A stretch of 64,000 nt of DNA. Origin: an uncultured Candidatus Saccharibacteria bacterium. Its GTDB lineage: Bacteria > Patescibacteriota > Minisyncoccia > Phycocordibacterales > UBA1006. The notes beneath the pieces were generated by a model that ran no database searches, was not told the DNA's origin, and saw only the letters and a program-made list of their open reading frames with translations. Of the stretch, positions 40,301 through 50,732 are shown in pieces. Made by a program: the position numbers and the translations under genes. Where the stretch lies: the NCBI GenBank assembly GCA_964601935.1, contig CAZROP010000001.1, positions 185,867-249,866 on the forward strand, given 5' to 3'. Position 1 is the first letter of the stretch. Every line of letters starts with the position of its first letter.

Positions 40301-41716
40301 TTAGCTGGTCTTCAGTCGTTGTGAGAGACCTAGAACAATCGCAAGTATTCCTGTTAGCAGAGCGACAGTAGTTGGTTGCCAGTCATAGTGTTTTATCGCT
40401 AACATAATACTGAGCGATATCAGGAGTCCTGCCAGTGCAACCCTTGTTTCATAAATCGACAACATGGTCGTTCCATATTGTCGGCGTAGCTTGTTCGGTA
40501 TGCTGCCGGCTATAGATCCTGCATGCACTCGTCCAAATATGCCTGCAGTAGTAAAGATGCTCAGTATTATTCCGGCAACTAAAAGCCCATCTATAAATTT
40601 TGTGCAGATCATAAGAACTCCGATCAGTACGATTGATGACTTCAGTACAAGAAACTCCATTCTTGTTTGTCCTTCATCGTTGCGACGTTTGTAGTTGTTC
40701 GTTTTTTCAAACATAACAACAAACATGCCGCCAATAACACTGAATAGAATTGTCGCTGCTGTCACAACCCAAATGGGTATATGATGGATCAACGCGATTG
40801 GTTCTGTTATGGGTACCCAGATCAATTTCACTACCTGGGCAATTGTTGCGAATGATAAACCAATGAGAACAAATGATCTCACTGATTTTTCTTTGCGTAA
40901 TGTTACCCAGCTTGCAACTAGTATTTCCTTCCAGGGAAGCTTACTCTGCACCTGGATGGGTATCGTCTGATGATACATATGCCACCACACGTATCCAACG
41001 AGTAGAGCACAAATCCCTGCTCCGACTAGCCATACCCCAGCAGGATTCCAGCTAGTTGCTAGGAATCCTCCGGCAGTCCCAGTTGCAAACATAAATACCG
41101 ATATGAAACCAAATACTTCTTTTGCTGATTTGCGACAAAAGTTATTTGATTCCAACTCTATAAGGGCTGTATCGATTCCTTCTTTGTTCCGGTTCTGAAG
41201 CTTCGCCTTGAGGTGGTAGGTGTTTTCGATAATATTGCGGTACCATACACCGAGTACGCCAGACACGCACGCGCCTGCGATACCGAATGTGATTTCAGCC
41301 AATACTGATGTAGTCCATGTACCTATTCCATACAATAAGTATGAGAATAGGAACATCGTCGTTCCGAACAAATATACTTTCCTTCGCCCAAGTCTACTAT
41401 CCGCCAAAATTCCAAAAGGAATGTTTAATAGAAAATAGGTAGCGTGGTAGATTGCCTGTAGCGTTGCTGCACCCTGAAATCCAAATGTCTGCTGTACGAA
41501 TACTGCATACATACCGGCTTTCAGTCCGACCGCAATCGCTAGTATTATTTGCGAGTTCCGGAAAAATACCGATACTCGTCGTCTATGACCTTTGAGGTCT
41601 TTCTGTAGTCGCTGGATTTCCAGCTCGCTCAAATCTTCGCCCTCAACAAAATCAAATTCCTCTGTTTTCTTAAAGGTGAAGATTTTGCTGTACTCATGCA
41701 AGAGATACTTCTTCAC
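40301..41716 (-). CDS. MFS-type transporter with cytoplasmic N-terminal extension
   Basis: 471 aa, ~12 TM, motif GILADSRLGRRKVYLFG (MFS motif A). Confidence 0.65.
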   Translation of the reverse strand: MKKYLLHEYSKIFTFKKTEEFDFVEGEDLSELEIQRLQKDLKGHRRRVSVFFRNSQIILAIAVGLKAGMYAVFVQQTFGFQGAATLQAIYHATYFLLNIPFGILADSRLGRRKVYLFGTTMFLFSYLLYGIGTWTTSVLAEITFGIAGACVSGVLGVWYRNIIENTYHLKAKLQNRNKEGIDTALIELESNNFCRKSAKEVFGFISVFMFATGTAGGFLATSWNPAGVWLVGAGICALLVGYVWWHMYHQTIPIQVQSKLPWKEILVASWVTLRKEKSVRSFVLIGLSFATIAQVVKLIWVPITEPIALIHHIPIWVVTAATILFSVIGGMFVVMFEKTNNYKRRNDEGQTRMEFLVLKSSIVLIGVLMICTKFIDGLLVAGIILSIFTTAGIFGRVHAGSIAGSIPNKLRRQYGTTMLSIYETRVALAGLLISLSIMLAIKHYDWQPTTVALLTGILAIVLGLSQRLKTS

Positions 41717-41812
41717 GTGACGTTAGTGCTTTATGTGTGAATCAAATTTGTTTAGATATGAGTTTCACCATACCTTATTTATAGATTATGTCAAATTATT
41801 GAACCAGGATAT

Positions 41813-42742
41813 ATGGCTATCATGCTATACTGCATCCATATGAAATTTGTATCATGGAATGTGAACGGTCTGCGTGCCGTGACGAAAAAAGGATTCTTCC
41901 CCACCTACGTCGCGAGTGGAGAATATGATGTGATATTTCTAATGGAGACAAAATCAGAAATCGGTCAGCTATCTGATGAGGTAATATCGATTTCGGGATA
42001 CTCGTTCATGTTGCAGCCGAGTACCTACAAAAAAGGATACGCAGGTGTCGGCATGTATGTCCGCGATGGATTGTCGGCTGTGATCGAGACCGGATTTTCT
42101 CATGACTGTGCATTGCATGACGAGGAGCGCATTATGACTGTATCACTCGTACATCCTATTCACGGACGGATTGCGATCACAGGAGCATACTTCCCGAACG
42201 GTGCGCGCGGCAGTGTAAAGAGGGGTGGAGATGTAGAGACTAATAATCGAGTTTCTGATGAGTCAAACCCCCTCCCGACCTCCCCCTTTTCTAGTGGGAG
42301 GAGCTTGAAAACAGCTGCAGACTTCGGATCGAACCTGGAATACAAGCTGGCATTTTTTACCGAGTTTCAGAATCACATGGAGCACCTGGAGAAATCCCAT
42401 GATCATGTACTAGTTTGTGGTGACATCAATATTGCACACCACCCTATTGATCTGGCACGACCCGAGTCGAACAAAAATTCTGTAGGATTCTTGCCGGTCG
42501 AGCGTGCGCGACTAGATGCATGGCATAGCGATGGGTGGAGAGATATATGGCGAGAACTGCATAGCGATGAAGTGGTATACAGTTGGTGGGATGTTATCAG
42601 TGGTGCGCGTGCACGCAATGTTGGATGGCGTATTGATGCATGGTGGATGCGGCAGTCATCACTACCGATCATCGACGAGATCAGATACGATACAGAACAA
42701 ATGGGTTCGGATCATTGTCCTGTGGTGGTAATTCTGAAATAA
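41813..42742 (+). CDS. xth: exodeoxyribonuclease III / AP endonuclease (EEP fold)
   Basis: 309 aa; N-terminus WNVNGLRA, then CGDINIAHHPIDL, WWD, and C-terminal SDHCPVVV; contains a ~55-aa insertion. Confidence 0.8.
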   Translation: MAIMLYCIHMKFVSWNVNGLRAVTKKGFFPTYVASGEYDVIFLMETKSEIGQLSDEVISISGYSFMLQPSTYKKGYAGVGMYVRDGLSAVIETGFSHDCALHDEERIMTVSLVHPIHGRIAITGAYFPNGARGSVKRGGDVETNNRVSDESNPLPTSPFSSGRSLKTAADFGSNLEYKLAFFTEFQNHMEHLEKSHDHVLVCGDINIAHHPIDLARPESNKNSVGFLPVERARLDAWHSDGWRDIWRELHSDEVVYSWWDVISGARARNVGWRIDAWWMRQSSLPIIDEIRYDTEQMGSDHCPVVVILK

Positions 42743-42761
42743 CGGAGATTCATTTCAGCAG

Positions 42762-42806
42762 AAAAACCACCCGCACTGCGTAGCAATGCGGGTGGTTTTG
42801 TTTTAG
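42762..42806 (+). terminator. intrinsic terminator after xth
   Basis: aaaaccacccgcactgcg-tagcaa-tgcgggtggtttt followed by a T-run. Confidence 0.6.
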
Positions 42807-42901
42807 CCATTAAAGTCTTCATTATCTAACCCAAAATGAAATCCGCCAGCATCAGAATGATGTGGCGGATCCGAACGGACTAGTATGAAAAAAATCTTTC
42901 G

Positions 42902-43118
42902 TTAGTTCGATTCCGGAAGATCTGGAATCTTTTTGTTTTTGAAGCCATCAATCTTTTCTAGGGAATCTTGTCTCTGATCCAGCTCTTTTTGGTGAAGAGC
43001 TTTTTCGATGGCGTTCTTCTCCTCCGTTGTCTTTTTGATCTGCTGGTCATAATAAGGGTCGCAGCTTCCGAGGACTAAGATACAAACTGCCAGAAATACA
43101 ACAGTAGTAAGTTACTTC
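42902..43118 (-). pseudogene. small lipoprotein gene with in-frame TAA at codon 3 (MK*LTTVVFLAVCILVLGSC...)
   Basis: translation by hand: ATG AAG TAA, then 70 sense codons giving a lipobox signal (LVLGSC) and a charged mature peptide; no alternative ATG is present. Confidence 0.4.
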
Positions 43119-43286
43119 ATGATGTTTATGTTTTGTATTAAACTAGCATTCATCTGAGTATTTGTCAAATACTATAGTTGCTGTATATGTTCGTGGGTCC
43201 TAGGGTCTATCACAAGAAAAAATCCGTGAACAGTCAAATTGACTGTTCACGGACTTTCAAGGATTTACTGTATCAGGCTTGCTTAA

Positions 43287-44021
43287 TCAGAAAGGATACT
43301 CTTGCAAGAGGCTATCCGGGTTACTCACTAATAAGGCCGTTTGCTCTGCCGACAACTGTGTCAGAGTATACCAGGCTACTTTTTCCTGCCAGGTGCTTCC
43401 TTTCGCCTTATCCTGTATTGCAAACTTTATGCGGTAGTAGTTATCGGCTTCTGGTTGTGTGTCCGAGTCGCCGAGTGCTGCAATCAGAAATTCATCAAGA
43501 GTAGAAAAATATTCCATGCTTTGAGTTGATATAACCCAGGTGAAAGATTCACATGGGTTTTTTGTCAACCCATTGAGTGGTGTAAAGTGCGGCATATAGA
43601 GCGCCTCTTCACTGGTCTGTAATAAGTACCAGGTGTTGTAGTATAAGTAATTCTCGAAAGAATCCACGTACACCCTACCTGTTAATGCGATTTCTGTAAA
43701 AGGTACTTCAGGTGTTTCAACATCGTTCCAGTCCTTAACATATAACGGTGTCGTTGGTGTACCTATATACACGGGTACATTACTGTATCGTACATAGTAT
43801 ACCGCCCCTGTATCTTCTATCGTTGTATTCAGCGAGTCTCGTAATGAGAGCGCAACGCTATCCATCATTTCTGCAAAGCCTTTGACTGTTGATGATTGAT
43901 ATTGATAGTCGGTGGGTTTTGCGATACTTCCTAATCCAAGAAAGATGAAAAATAGAAGTAAACAAATACCCGAGAACTGTACAAACCCGGATGGGTCTGC
44001 GATGTTAAAGAGCTTACTCAT
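43287..44021 (-). CDS. hypothetical membrane-anchored protein
   Basis: 244 aa with an N-terminal TM (GICLLLFFIFLGLGSI). Confidence 0.45.
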   Translation of the reverse strand: MSKLFNIADPSGFVQFSGICLLLFFIFLGLGSIAKPTDYQYQSSTVKGFAEMMDSVALSLRDSLNTTIEDTGAVYYVRYSNVPVYIGTPTTPLYVKDWNDVETPEVPFTEIALTGRVYVDSFENYLYYNTWYLLQTSEEALYMPHFTPLNGLTKNPCESFTWVISTQSMEYFSTLDEFLIAALGDSDTQPEADNYYRIKFAIQDKAKGSTWQEKVAWYTLTQLSAEQTALLVSNPDSLLQEYPF

Positions 44022-44143
44022 TGTTTTTCGATTTTTATATATGAATGATTATATACTACTCTCCATATAAAAATGTTGTTGTCAATTGTGTATTCCTACC
44101 CGAAAGCTCGTATATTGACTATTCCCTACTATCATAGTAGTGT

Positions 44144-44680
44144 TTGCGCAAACAAATAAAATATTTTGCCATGAAGAAGAATATCTTGTATACCGTTGCG
44201 ATGGTGCTCGGGTTGAGTACATTCACAGTGCCGCTGGCGGCACAAACTGAAATGATTTCCGTTAATGGATTGGAGCCCACTCCATCCTATGTAGCCGCGG
44301 GCTACATGATGCAGGGTGTTGGTAACCCGCTGGTTCCCCGGATTTACCACACAACCCAGGGAGATACTGAATTTATCGCCAATATTCGCTGGAACTCTGA
44401 GGCTCAAGAGTGGAGCCTTGTACTGTATCAAAGCTGCCTCGGGAACCTGCGCCTGGACAAGGGTGAAAGCCCAGCAGATGGGTGCTGGTCTATCCCGTTG
44501 GCGGCGTTCTACATGTCGCAGCGAGCGGATGGCGGGCTGCATTATGCCGCTCAATCGGGAGCGGTACCCTGGAACTCCGTAGAGATAACCGCGCTAGTTC
44601 TCCAGTTCTGGATCGAGCTTTCCCAGTACCAGTGGAACGGTAGCCCATCAGTTATACACGCACCATTCGCGGGTGGTTAG
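44144..44680 (+). CDS. secreted hypothetical protein
   Basis: 178 aa with signal peptide MKKNILYTVAMVLGLSTFTVPLAAQ. Confidence 0.5.
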   Translation: MRKQIKYFAMKKNILYTVAMVLGLSTFTVPLAAQTEMISVNGLEPTPSYVAAGYMMQGVGNPLVPRIYHTTQGDTEFIANIRWNSEAQEWSLVLYQSCLGNLRLDKGESPADGCWSIPLAAFYMSQRADGGLHYAAQSGAVPWNSVEITALVLQFWIELSQYQWNGSPSVIHAPFAGG

Positions 44681-44868
44681 CGGGTAGATGCAATTATGGG
44701 TTATCTCTAAAACCTTTGTTGAAGTATTGGTTATTGTACGATATGTACACAAACCAGGAATCAACAAGGGTTTTTTGATTTGTCAGGGTAGATAGGGAAA
44801 TTAAGTACATATACTTGACCTAATAGACATTATATGTTAATATAGATTCAAACAAAAAAACTAAATCA

Positions 44869-45312
44869 ATGAAGAAAGTAAATTTTGTTCTTGCGATCGT
44901 TGCATTTGTAACTCTGGCTAATCCACTTGCTGGGCAAATGGACCAGTATAATTTTTTAACCACTGCTGCGTTGGCCACGGTTACTTTGGCTGATACTGCA
45001 GAAACAGGAATGAATATTGTGAAAGTATGGCCCTACAACAACCCGTTTCAGGTTGAGAAAACCACTATCCGTCATGAGATGGGGACAGAAGTTTGGTACG
45101 AAGTCCAATGTTACTTCTGGCTGTTCTACCGCGGAAAAGTTCGCGTGGAGTGGAACGTCAGTGTAGCAATCCTACCTTGGAATGCTAACAGCGACGGAGG
45201 CAGGTTATTCAGTACCAATCTGGATGCCGGAGTTGGGAGAAAACTCACTAATAAAGAGAAGAAGCTAATCTCGCAAGGTATCCTGTATCTCCTTATCGAA
45301 AGCAAGATGTAA
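44869..45312 (+). CDS. secreted hypothetical protein
   Basis: 147 aa with signal peptide MKKVNFVLAIVAFVTLANPLAGQ. Confidence 0.5.
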   Translation: MKKVNFVLAIVAFVTLANPLAGQMDQYNFLTTAALATVTLADTAETGMNIVKVWPYNNPFQVEKTTIRHEMGTEVWYEVQCYFWLFYRGKVRVEWNVSVAILPWNANSDGGRLFSTNLDAGVGRKLTNKEKKLISQGILYLLIESKM

Positions 45313-45468
45313 TGGTCCTGTAATTTTGATAAACTGTTAATCCTATACACCGCATGTATGCGTGTCACTGGGATTAACAGTTTTCATTTTGTTGGGACTT
45401 CCCTGTTTGATATGTTCTGTCTTCTGTATGTAGTATAAAACCCCTGATTAATCAGGGGTTGTTCGTTA

Positions 45469-45918
45469 TTATTGTTGAAAGGTTTGGATATTCTTGCCTA
45501 TGCTTGCCTGATCCTCGTTGTGTAACTGTATTGTCTGGACGAGCTGTTCCAGGGCATCAATACGTTCAATAAAACCAGGAATAACCTCACGGACTTCGGA
45601 CAGGTGTCCTAACCTGTCTGCCTCGCTGAGAGCATCCAGGTCCACTGATAACTGAACCAGTATATTCTGCCAGTCTTGCAGTGATCCATTGAGTTGTTGT
45701 GCTCTGCGTTCATAGTTTCCTGGATGAGAGAAGAAATCCAGTACCAGACCCATGCGCTGAGACATGTTCTGTTCATAGTTTGCTGACTTATACGTGGCAG
45801 ACTCGTCCAGTCGTTGGAGGATGTTCGCCATACGCTGTCGGCATTTTGTTACAGATTCTGCAAATTGTGCCATTGCTTGGTCAAATAAAGATATCTCGCT
45901 CGGTTGTGATTCGGTCAT
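45469..45918 (-). CDS. hypothetical coiled-coil protein
   Basis: 149-aa acidic helical ORF. Confidence 0.4.
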   Translation of the reverse strand: MTESQPSEISLFDQAMAQFAESVTKCRQRMANILQRLDESATYKSANYEQNMSQRMGLVLDFFSHPGNYERRAQQLNGSLQDWQNILVQLSVDLDALSEADRLGHLSEVREVIPGFIERIDALEQLVQTIQLHNEDQASIGKNIQTFQQ

Positions 45919-46047
45919 ATACCAGTATTGTTACATGATGATTATACAGGTGCAAGCAGTCTGGATTGTGGGTGATTATTCGGCCGATCTGGTCCAAAAC
46001 AAAACCACCCCTTGCGGAGTGGTCTGTTTGATTTCATCGATAAATGG

Positions 46048-46443
46048 TTAGTAACCACCACCGAATCCACCACTGTTCTGGTCGTTACCATAGTCACGGC
46101 GAGGAGCACGCTGGCCACCACCGAATCCACCACGGTCACCTCCACCAAAGCCTCCTGAACGTCCACCTCCACCGTTAAAATCACGGCGCTGTGGGCGATC
46201 GGTCATAGGACGAGCCTCGTTGACCATAATATTGCGTCCCATGAATTCTGTATTATTCAAGGCAGCTATTGCAGCGTTTGCTTCTGCATCAGGCATTTCC
46301 ACGAATGCGATACCGCGTGAACGGGTTGGATTATCGCGCTCCATGATGATGGTTGCTGTTTCTACAGTACCGAATGCGCTGAATAATTCGCGAAGATCTT
46401 CTTCACGAGACTGCCAAGAAAGGTTGCCTACGTATATTTTCAT
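46048..46443 (-). CDS. RRM-type RNA-binding protein with Gly-rich C-terminal tail
   Basis: RNP-2 KIYVGNLS, RNP-1 RGIAFVEM, then a GGGGRSGGFGGG tail. Confidence 0.85.
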   Translation of the reverse strand: MKIYVGNLSWQSREEDLRELFSAFGTVETATIIMERDNPTRSRGIAFVEMPDAEANAAIAALNNTEFMGRNIMVNEARPMTDRPQRRDFNGGGGRSGGFGGGDRGGFGGGQRAPRRDYGNDQNSGGFGGGY

Positions 46444-49064
46444 AGAAAATGAGGGAAATTAGGTTATATAGTTCAGAGAGCTATAGTTCCTAGATTCCAA
46501 GGGTTGTACTGACTGTTTCATGCGAAACGAGTCGATTTGTTTTTATAATCGACATGTTGTCTCGCGTTACTTGTTACCTGTCTCTTTACCCAGTACTGAC
46601 GTCATGACTCGCCTGTACCAATAAACTCACATTCTCAAAAACCAGCCAGAGATACTATGTCGCGCATAGTGTATCATGCGTGGGGTGTAAAAGCAAAGTT
46701 ATTGACCTTTTTTCTTCCGTCTTCCCAGGCGTAGCGATAGCGGAGATCTGGGATACAGGATTAGAAAAACTCACTGGAGTGTTGTAAGTATGCTGAATCC
46801 TGGATCCCGGGTTGACTATTCATATAGTCGGACCTTGTCCTTCCTTATGAATATGTCCCCCGGGAAGACAGGAAGATTTACGCAAAGCCTTGCGCATTCG
46901 TATAATATGGGTTATTGTGAATTAAATTTCATTAAAATCCACACGGTTATGAGAAAGTTATACATTTTTTTCTGTACCAAATTTGTTAGTTTGACTACGT
47001 GGGCGATGTGCTGGCATTATATTTATTCAGGAGCTGCCCTTCCTGTGAAGAAGGTGGTCAAGACACACTCCTATCACAAAAGGTTAAAGCGTTGGTGGCA
47101 TTGTCGAAAGCTACGATTGCGTATTTGGGTCGACAAAGTGATCTGGGGTAAGGAAGAGGAGATTATACTTGGTGCCGACAGTTCGGTACATCAGGTGCGT
47201 CCTCCAGATGGTTATACTCAAATAAATAAGGATAATTTCCCCCGCCCCGCATTACCTGATTGAAGGACGCTAGTGTTAGAACTAAAAGACCTGATTTTAC
47301 CGAACATATCGATATATTCGATTGTTGCAGTAAGATCAGGTTTTTCTTTTGTTGGATATAAAAATACCCGATAATCTTTATGATTACGGGTGGTTTTATG
47401 ACTAAAGCTAGTTTCTAAAAAAGTGCAGGGTCTTTCCTGGAGGTATGAGGAGAGGACCAGGAGACCCTGCGCGAGTATAGCTTGTTATTCAGTAGTGTAC
47501 TCCGTATAGATAATTATGCAAGGGAGTATTAAAAAACTGCTATGTCCTTTCAGATCAGATATAGCAGTAGTTGGTCCAGAGGGTCCTCCCCGAATTCCCC
47601 TAATCTGTAACTTGTGAGGGAGGCCCTTGTTCCCTCTGGATTTTTTTTGAAAAGTCGGCACCCAGCGCCACAGCGACCCCTGTACCACGTTGTTGTTCTG
47701 GGTCAGGGCACTAGGTGCTCAACTTTTCTATTTGTTCATAGTGTTGAGCCCTACACTACTAGTATTTATTGCAAAGTCAACAGTAACCAGTCATCCTGAT
47801 CATTTTGGAATAATAAAAAACTGCTGTCATCTCGGAGAGAAACAGCAGCTTGTTGCGGCGATCATTCATCATGACCCCCTAATATAACCCCAAAAAACCA
47901 AATGAAAACTTCTTTCGGTGCTGTAACTAAACGCTACGGCACTGAAAGAATGATTTTCTATAAAAAATATGCTCTCTGGAATTTACACCTAGTATATACC
48001 CTCTTGATTCATTGTCAAGAACGCCTGTTCATATTCAGGGTATCTTTGTAAGTATTGTCAAAATAAAAAGTCCCAGAATGGTTACAACGGGCGCTGTGTC
48101 ATCCTCTCTCACGGAGATACAAAAAACCGCTCGCAGATTTTGTACCGAAGGAAAACTGTCCTAGGGGCTAAAAATGGAGCGGCTTCACATGAAACAAATT
48201 TACGTCTTGAGGGTTTCGGTATTAAAGAGAGGTCGACCACTGCTGCCAGTATCGACCTCCCGAAAAACACCTAAAACCCTATTTTTTTCTGTATCATTCG
48301 GTTCGAACGGATTAGCATAATTATATGCTTATAATCCTACATCGTCAATATAATTCAAATAAAAAGGCTGACTCGAAAACATAAAAAGAATTCGGGTCAG
48401 ACTGTGTATGAGAGGATAATCAACGAATGAAATAATAAAAAATCCCCCTTTTGCTGGCCCACTCTACACCCGATTGCGGATTTGTCCAATAGGTATTAAA
48501 AAACGGGAGCCACTGGTGATCTTTGTGGCCCCGTTCAGGGTTGTTGCGCCTCTGGTAGAGTCCGCAACGGGTATATGTGGAGTGAGCTCGTTTTCTTTGA
48601 ATTAGGTCGGGACCTGAATACTGTCCCGACCAGTATATTCAAAAAACAGCAGGTATAGGGTCAATTGAGTAATAGTATAGAGACATGTTCCGGTTTGTCA
48701 ACCCTAGACGGTAATAAAAACCCCTGCAAGGTCACCCATGGGGTAACTACTGCAAGGATCGAGGTTTCGCCTTCTGAAGCTATAAAAGTGTAGTCAGATT
48801 TCCAGTATACTGAAAATATAATGCGTGACTATTGTGGTGGGGTTATAAAAAACCGCTTCATCGGGAGTCTCGGTCGCTAAAACGAGTGATGAAGCGGAGT
48901 AATATCTGGGCGCATGGCATTAGGTGGGGCGCCCAGAACAAAAAACGTATGACGATCTAATAGTGAGGCGTAGCCTACAGGAATTATCGGGCATTGTCAA
49001 GAATTGCAGATGTTAATCGGGTACACATTGTCCTATAACGTCGTATTGTCAAACACCGTGTCTC
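46444..49064. other. ~2.6-kb ORF-poor, stem-loop-dense region (candidate cluster of ncRNAs or a large structured RNA)
   Basis: no ORF over 160 aa; the only ORF (46790..47263) has an implausible W/C/H-rich composition; many perfect 7-11-bp hairpins; + strand terminators at ~47288-47350, 47366-47397, and 47577-47649; minus-strand terminators at ~47815-47850 and 48845-48897. Confidence 0.5.
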
Positions 49065-50576
49065 TTAGGAGACACGGTGTTTTTGTCGTAACAGGGCTAT
49101 TTCTTCTGCCTCGCGAATTTCGCGCTCTCGTTTCCCTGCTTCACCGAGGTTTTTCAGTTCGCTGTCGGATAGATTTTGTAGTTCCGTCACACGTGTACCC
49201 AGATATTCACGTGTATTACGAGTATCGTCATCCAAGACCTCTTCTAGGAGCGTGTTCAGTATCCATCCCAGACGTGGCCCTGGGTTCACATGAAACTCGT
49301 TCATCAGATCGTTGCCGTTCAGCGCCAGCATGGTGACCGACAGTGGACTGCGCAGTGCCTCCTCTATCATTGCCTCATATTTACGTAGTCGATAGGGTTC
49401 TGCGTCCTTTTTGCCCATTCCTATGCGATCGCTGCGCCGTACACGCATGAGATCCCATATCAAATCCTCACCTACGTTGACTATCATACGGCGTACGGCA
49501 GATAGTGTGATAGTTTCTGTATCCGAAAAGAACATATGATATCGGACAAGCTTCTCTACTTTGTCCGATAGATCTCGAGGATATTTCATGCGCTCCATTA
49601 TTTTGCGTACCATTTTGGCGCCAATAACCTCGTGTCCATAAAATGTCCATATTCCAGCCTGTTCATCGCGTCTACGGCTGCGTGGTTTTCCTATATCGTG
49701 GAATAGCGCAGCCAGGCACACGTGCAGCGGCCATTCCTGCCATACCGCATTCTGACAGGCATTCAAATTATGAGTAAATACATCATAGATATGGCTTCGG
49801 GATTGCTCGCAACCATGGCCTTCTAGCAATTCAGGGAGAATAATGGCGAGCAATCCAGTTTCATGTGCAACCTCTATCCCCTTTTTGGGCTCCGCAGACA
49901 TAACCATTTTGGTGAATTCATCACGAATACGTTCTATAGAGACGGTCTTTGTTTCGTCCATGAGTTGTTTCATAGCGTATGCGGTCTCTGGTTCAATGGT
50001 AAATCCGAGCTGGGCTGAAAATCGTATCGCTCGCATAATTCGTAATGGGTCTTCTGAAAAACGCTCAAACGGACTGCCTATGGTGCGAATAGTCTTGGAT
50101 AATATGTCAGAAACTCCGCCTGTATTGTCGTGTAACAGATGTTTCACTGTGTCATACACTAATGCATTCATCGTAAAGTCTCGCCGAGAGAGATCATCCA
50201 TCAGATTGGTACTAAAAGACACATTATCAGGATGACGTTTATCGCTATACTCTGACTCTGTCCTGTATGGAGTTGCATGAATTTCGCGTAGTCCGGACGA
50301 CTGTTCGTTATCAGGGAATATAAAAGACACAGTACCAAAGGGGTTTTCGTATACGACACGAATACTAGAAGATTCTGCTACAGCTATCATCTGATCGGGT
50401 GTGGCAGAGGTGGTGATATCCCAGTCGTGAGGATCACGATTCATCAGCAGGTCGCGCACGCAGCCACCAACGAGAAATGCCTCGTGTCCATTAGATTGTA
50501 GTAATTCTATAACACGTGCTGGTTCTGTAGGGATATCGAATTGAATTGCAACCGAATTGGTATCAGGAGTAGTCAT
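49065..50576 (-). CDS. cca: CCA-adding tRNA nucleotidyltransferase with HD domain
   Basis: 503 aa; Pol-beta NTase head GGCVRDLLM...DWD; HD motif LFHDIGKP. Confidence 0.8.
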   Translation of the reverse strand: MTTPDTNSVAIQFDIPTEPARVIELLQSNGHEAFLVGGCVRDLLMNRDPHDWDITTSATPDQMIAVAESSSIRVVYENPFGTVSFIFPDNEQSSGLREIHATPYRTESEYSDKRHPDNVSFSTNLMDDLSRRDFTMNALVYDTVKHLLHDNTGGVSDILSKTIRTIGSPFERFSEDPLRIMRAIRFSAQLGFTIEPETAYAMKQLMDETKTVSIERIRDEFTKMVMSAEPKKGIEVAHETGLLAIILPELLEGHGCEQSRSHIYDVFTHNLNACQNAVWQEWPLHVCLAALFHDIGKPRSRRRDEQAGIWTFYGHEVIGAKMVRKIMERMKYPRDLSDKVEKLVRYHMFFSDTETITLSAVRRMIVNVGEDLIWDLMRVRRSDRIGMGKKDAEPYRLRKYEAMIEEALRSPLSVTMLALNGNDLMNEFHVNPGPRLGWILNTLLEEVLDDDTRNTREYLGTRVTELQNLSDSELKNLGEAGKREREIREAEEIALLRQKHRVS

Positions 50577-50732
50577 AATGTCCTTTTAGTATAGGTGAAT
50601 TATATCATGGGTAGAGTAGGTTGTCAGGAAGGTGTGCAGGGCATGACTATTGTTGTAGTCTGCACATGGATTGGTGTCATTGTGTGGATACAATCACCAG
50701 GAATATGGACAACTAGAGTAAAATAGTGGTAT

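Noticed and set aside
46729-46850. Possible 5S rRNA (TCCCAGGCGTAGCGATAGCGG resembles the 5S 5' end)
   Set aside because: Similarity is limited to about 20 nt; the downstream sequence lacks the conserved loop E and helix IV motifs, and no 16S/23S signatures are nearby.
46790-47263. 157-aa ORF in the non-coding island
   Set aside because: Trp/Cys/His/Arg-rich, no hydrophobic periodicity, and it overlaps strong RNA helices; most likely a chance ORF.
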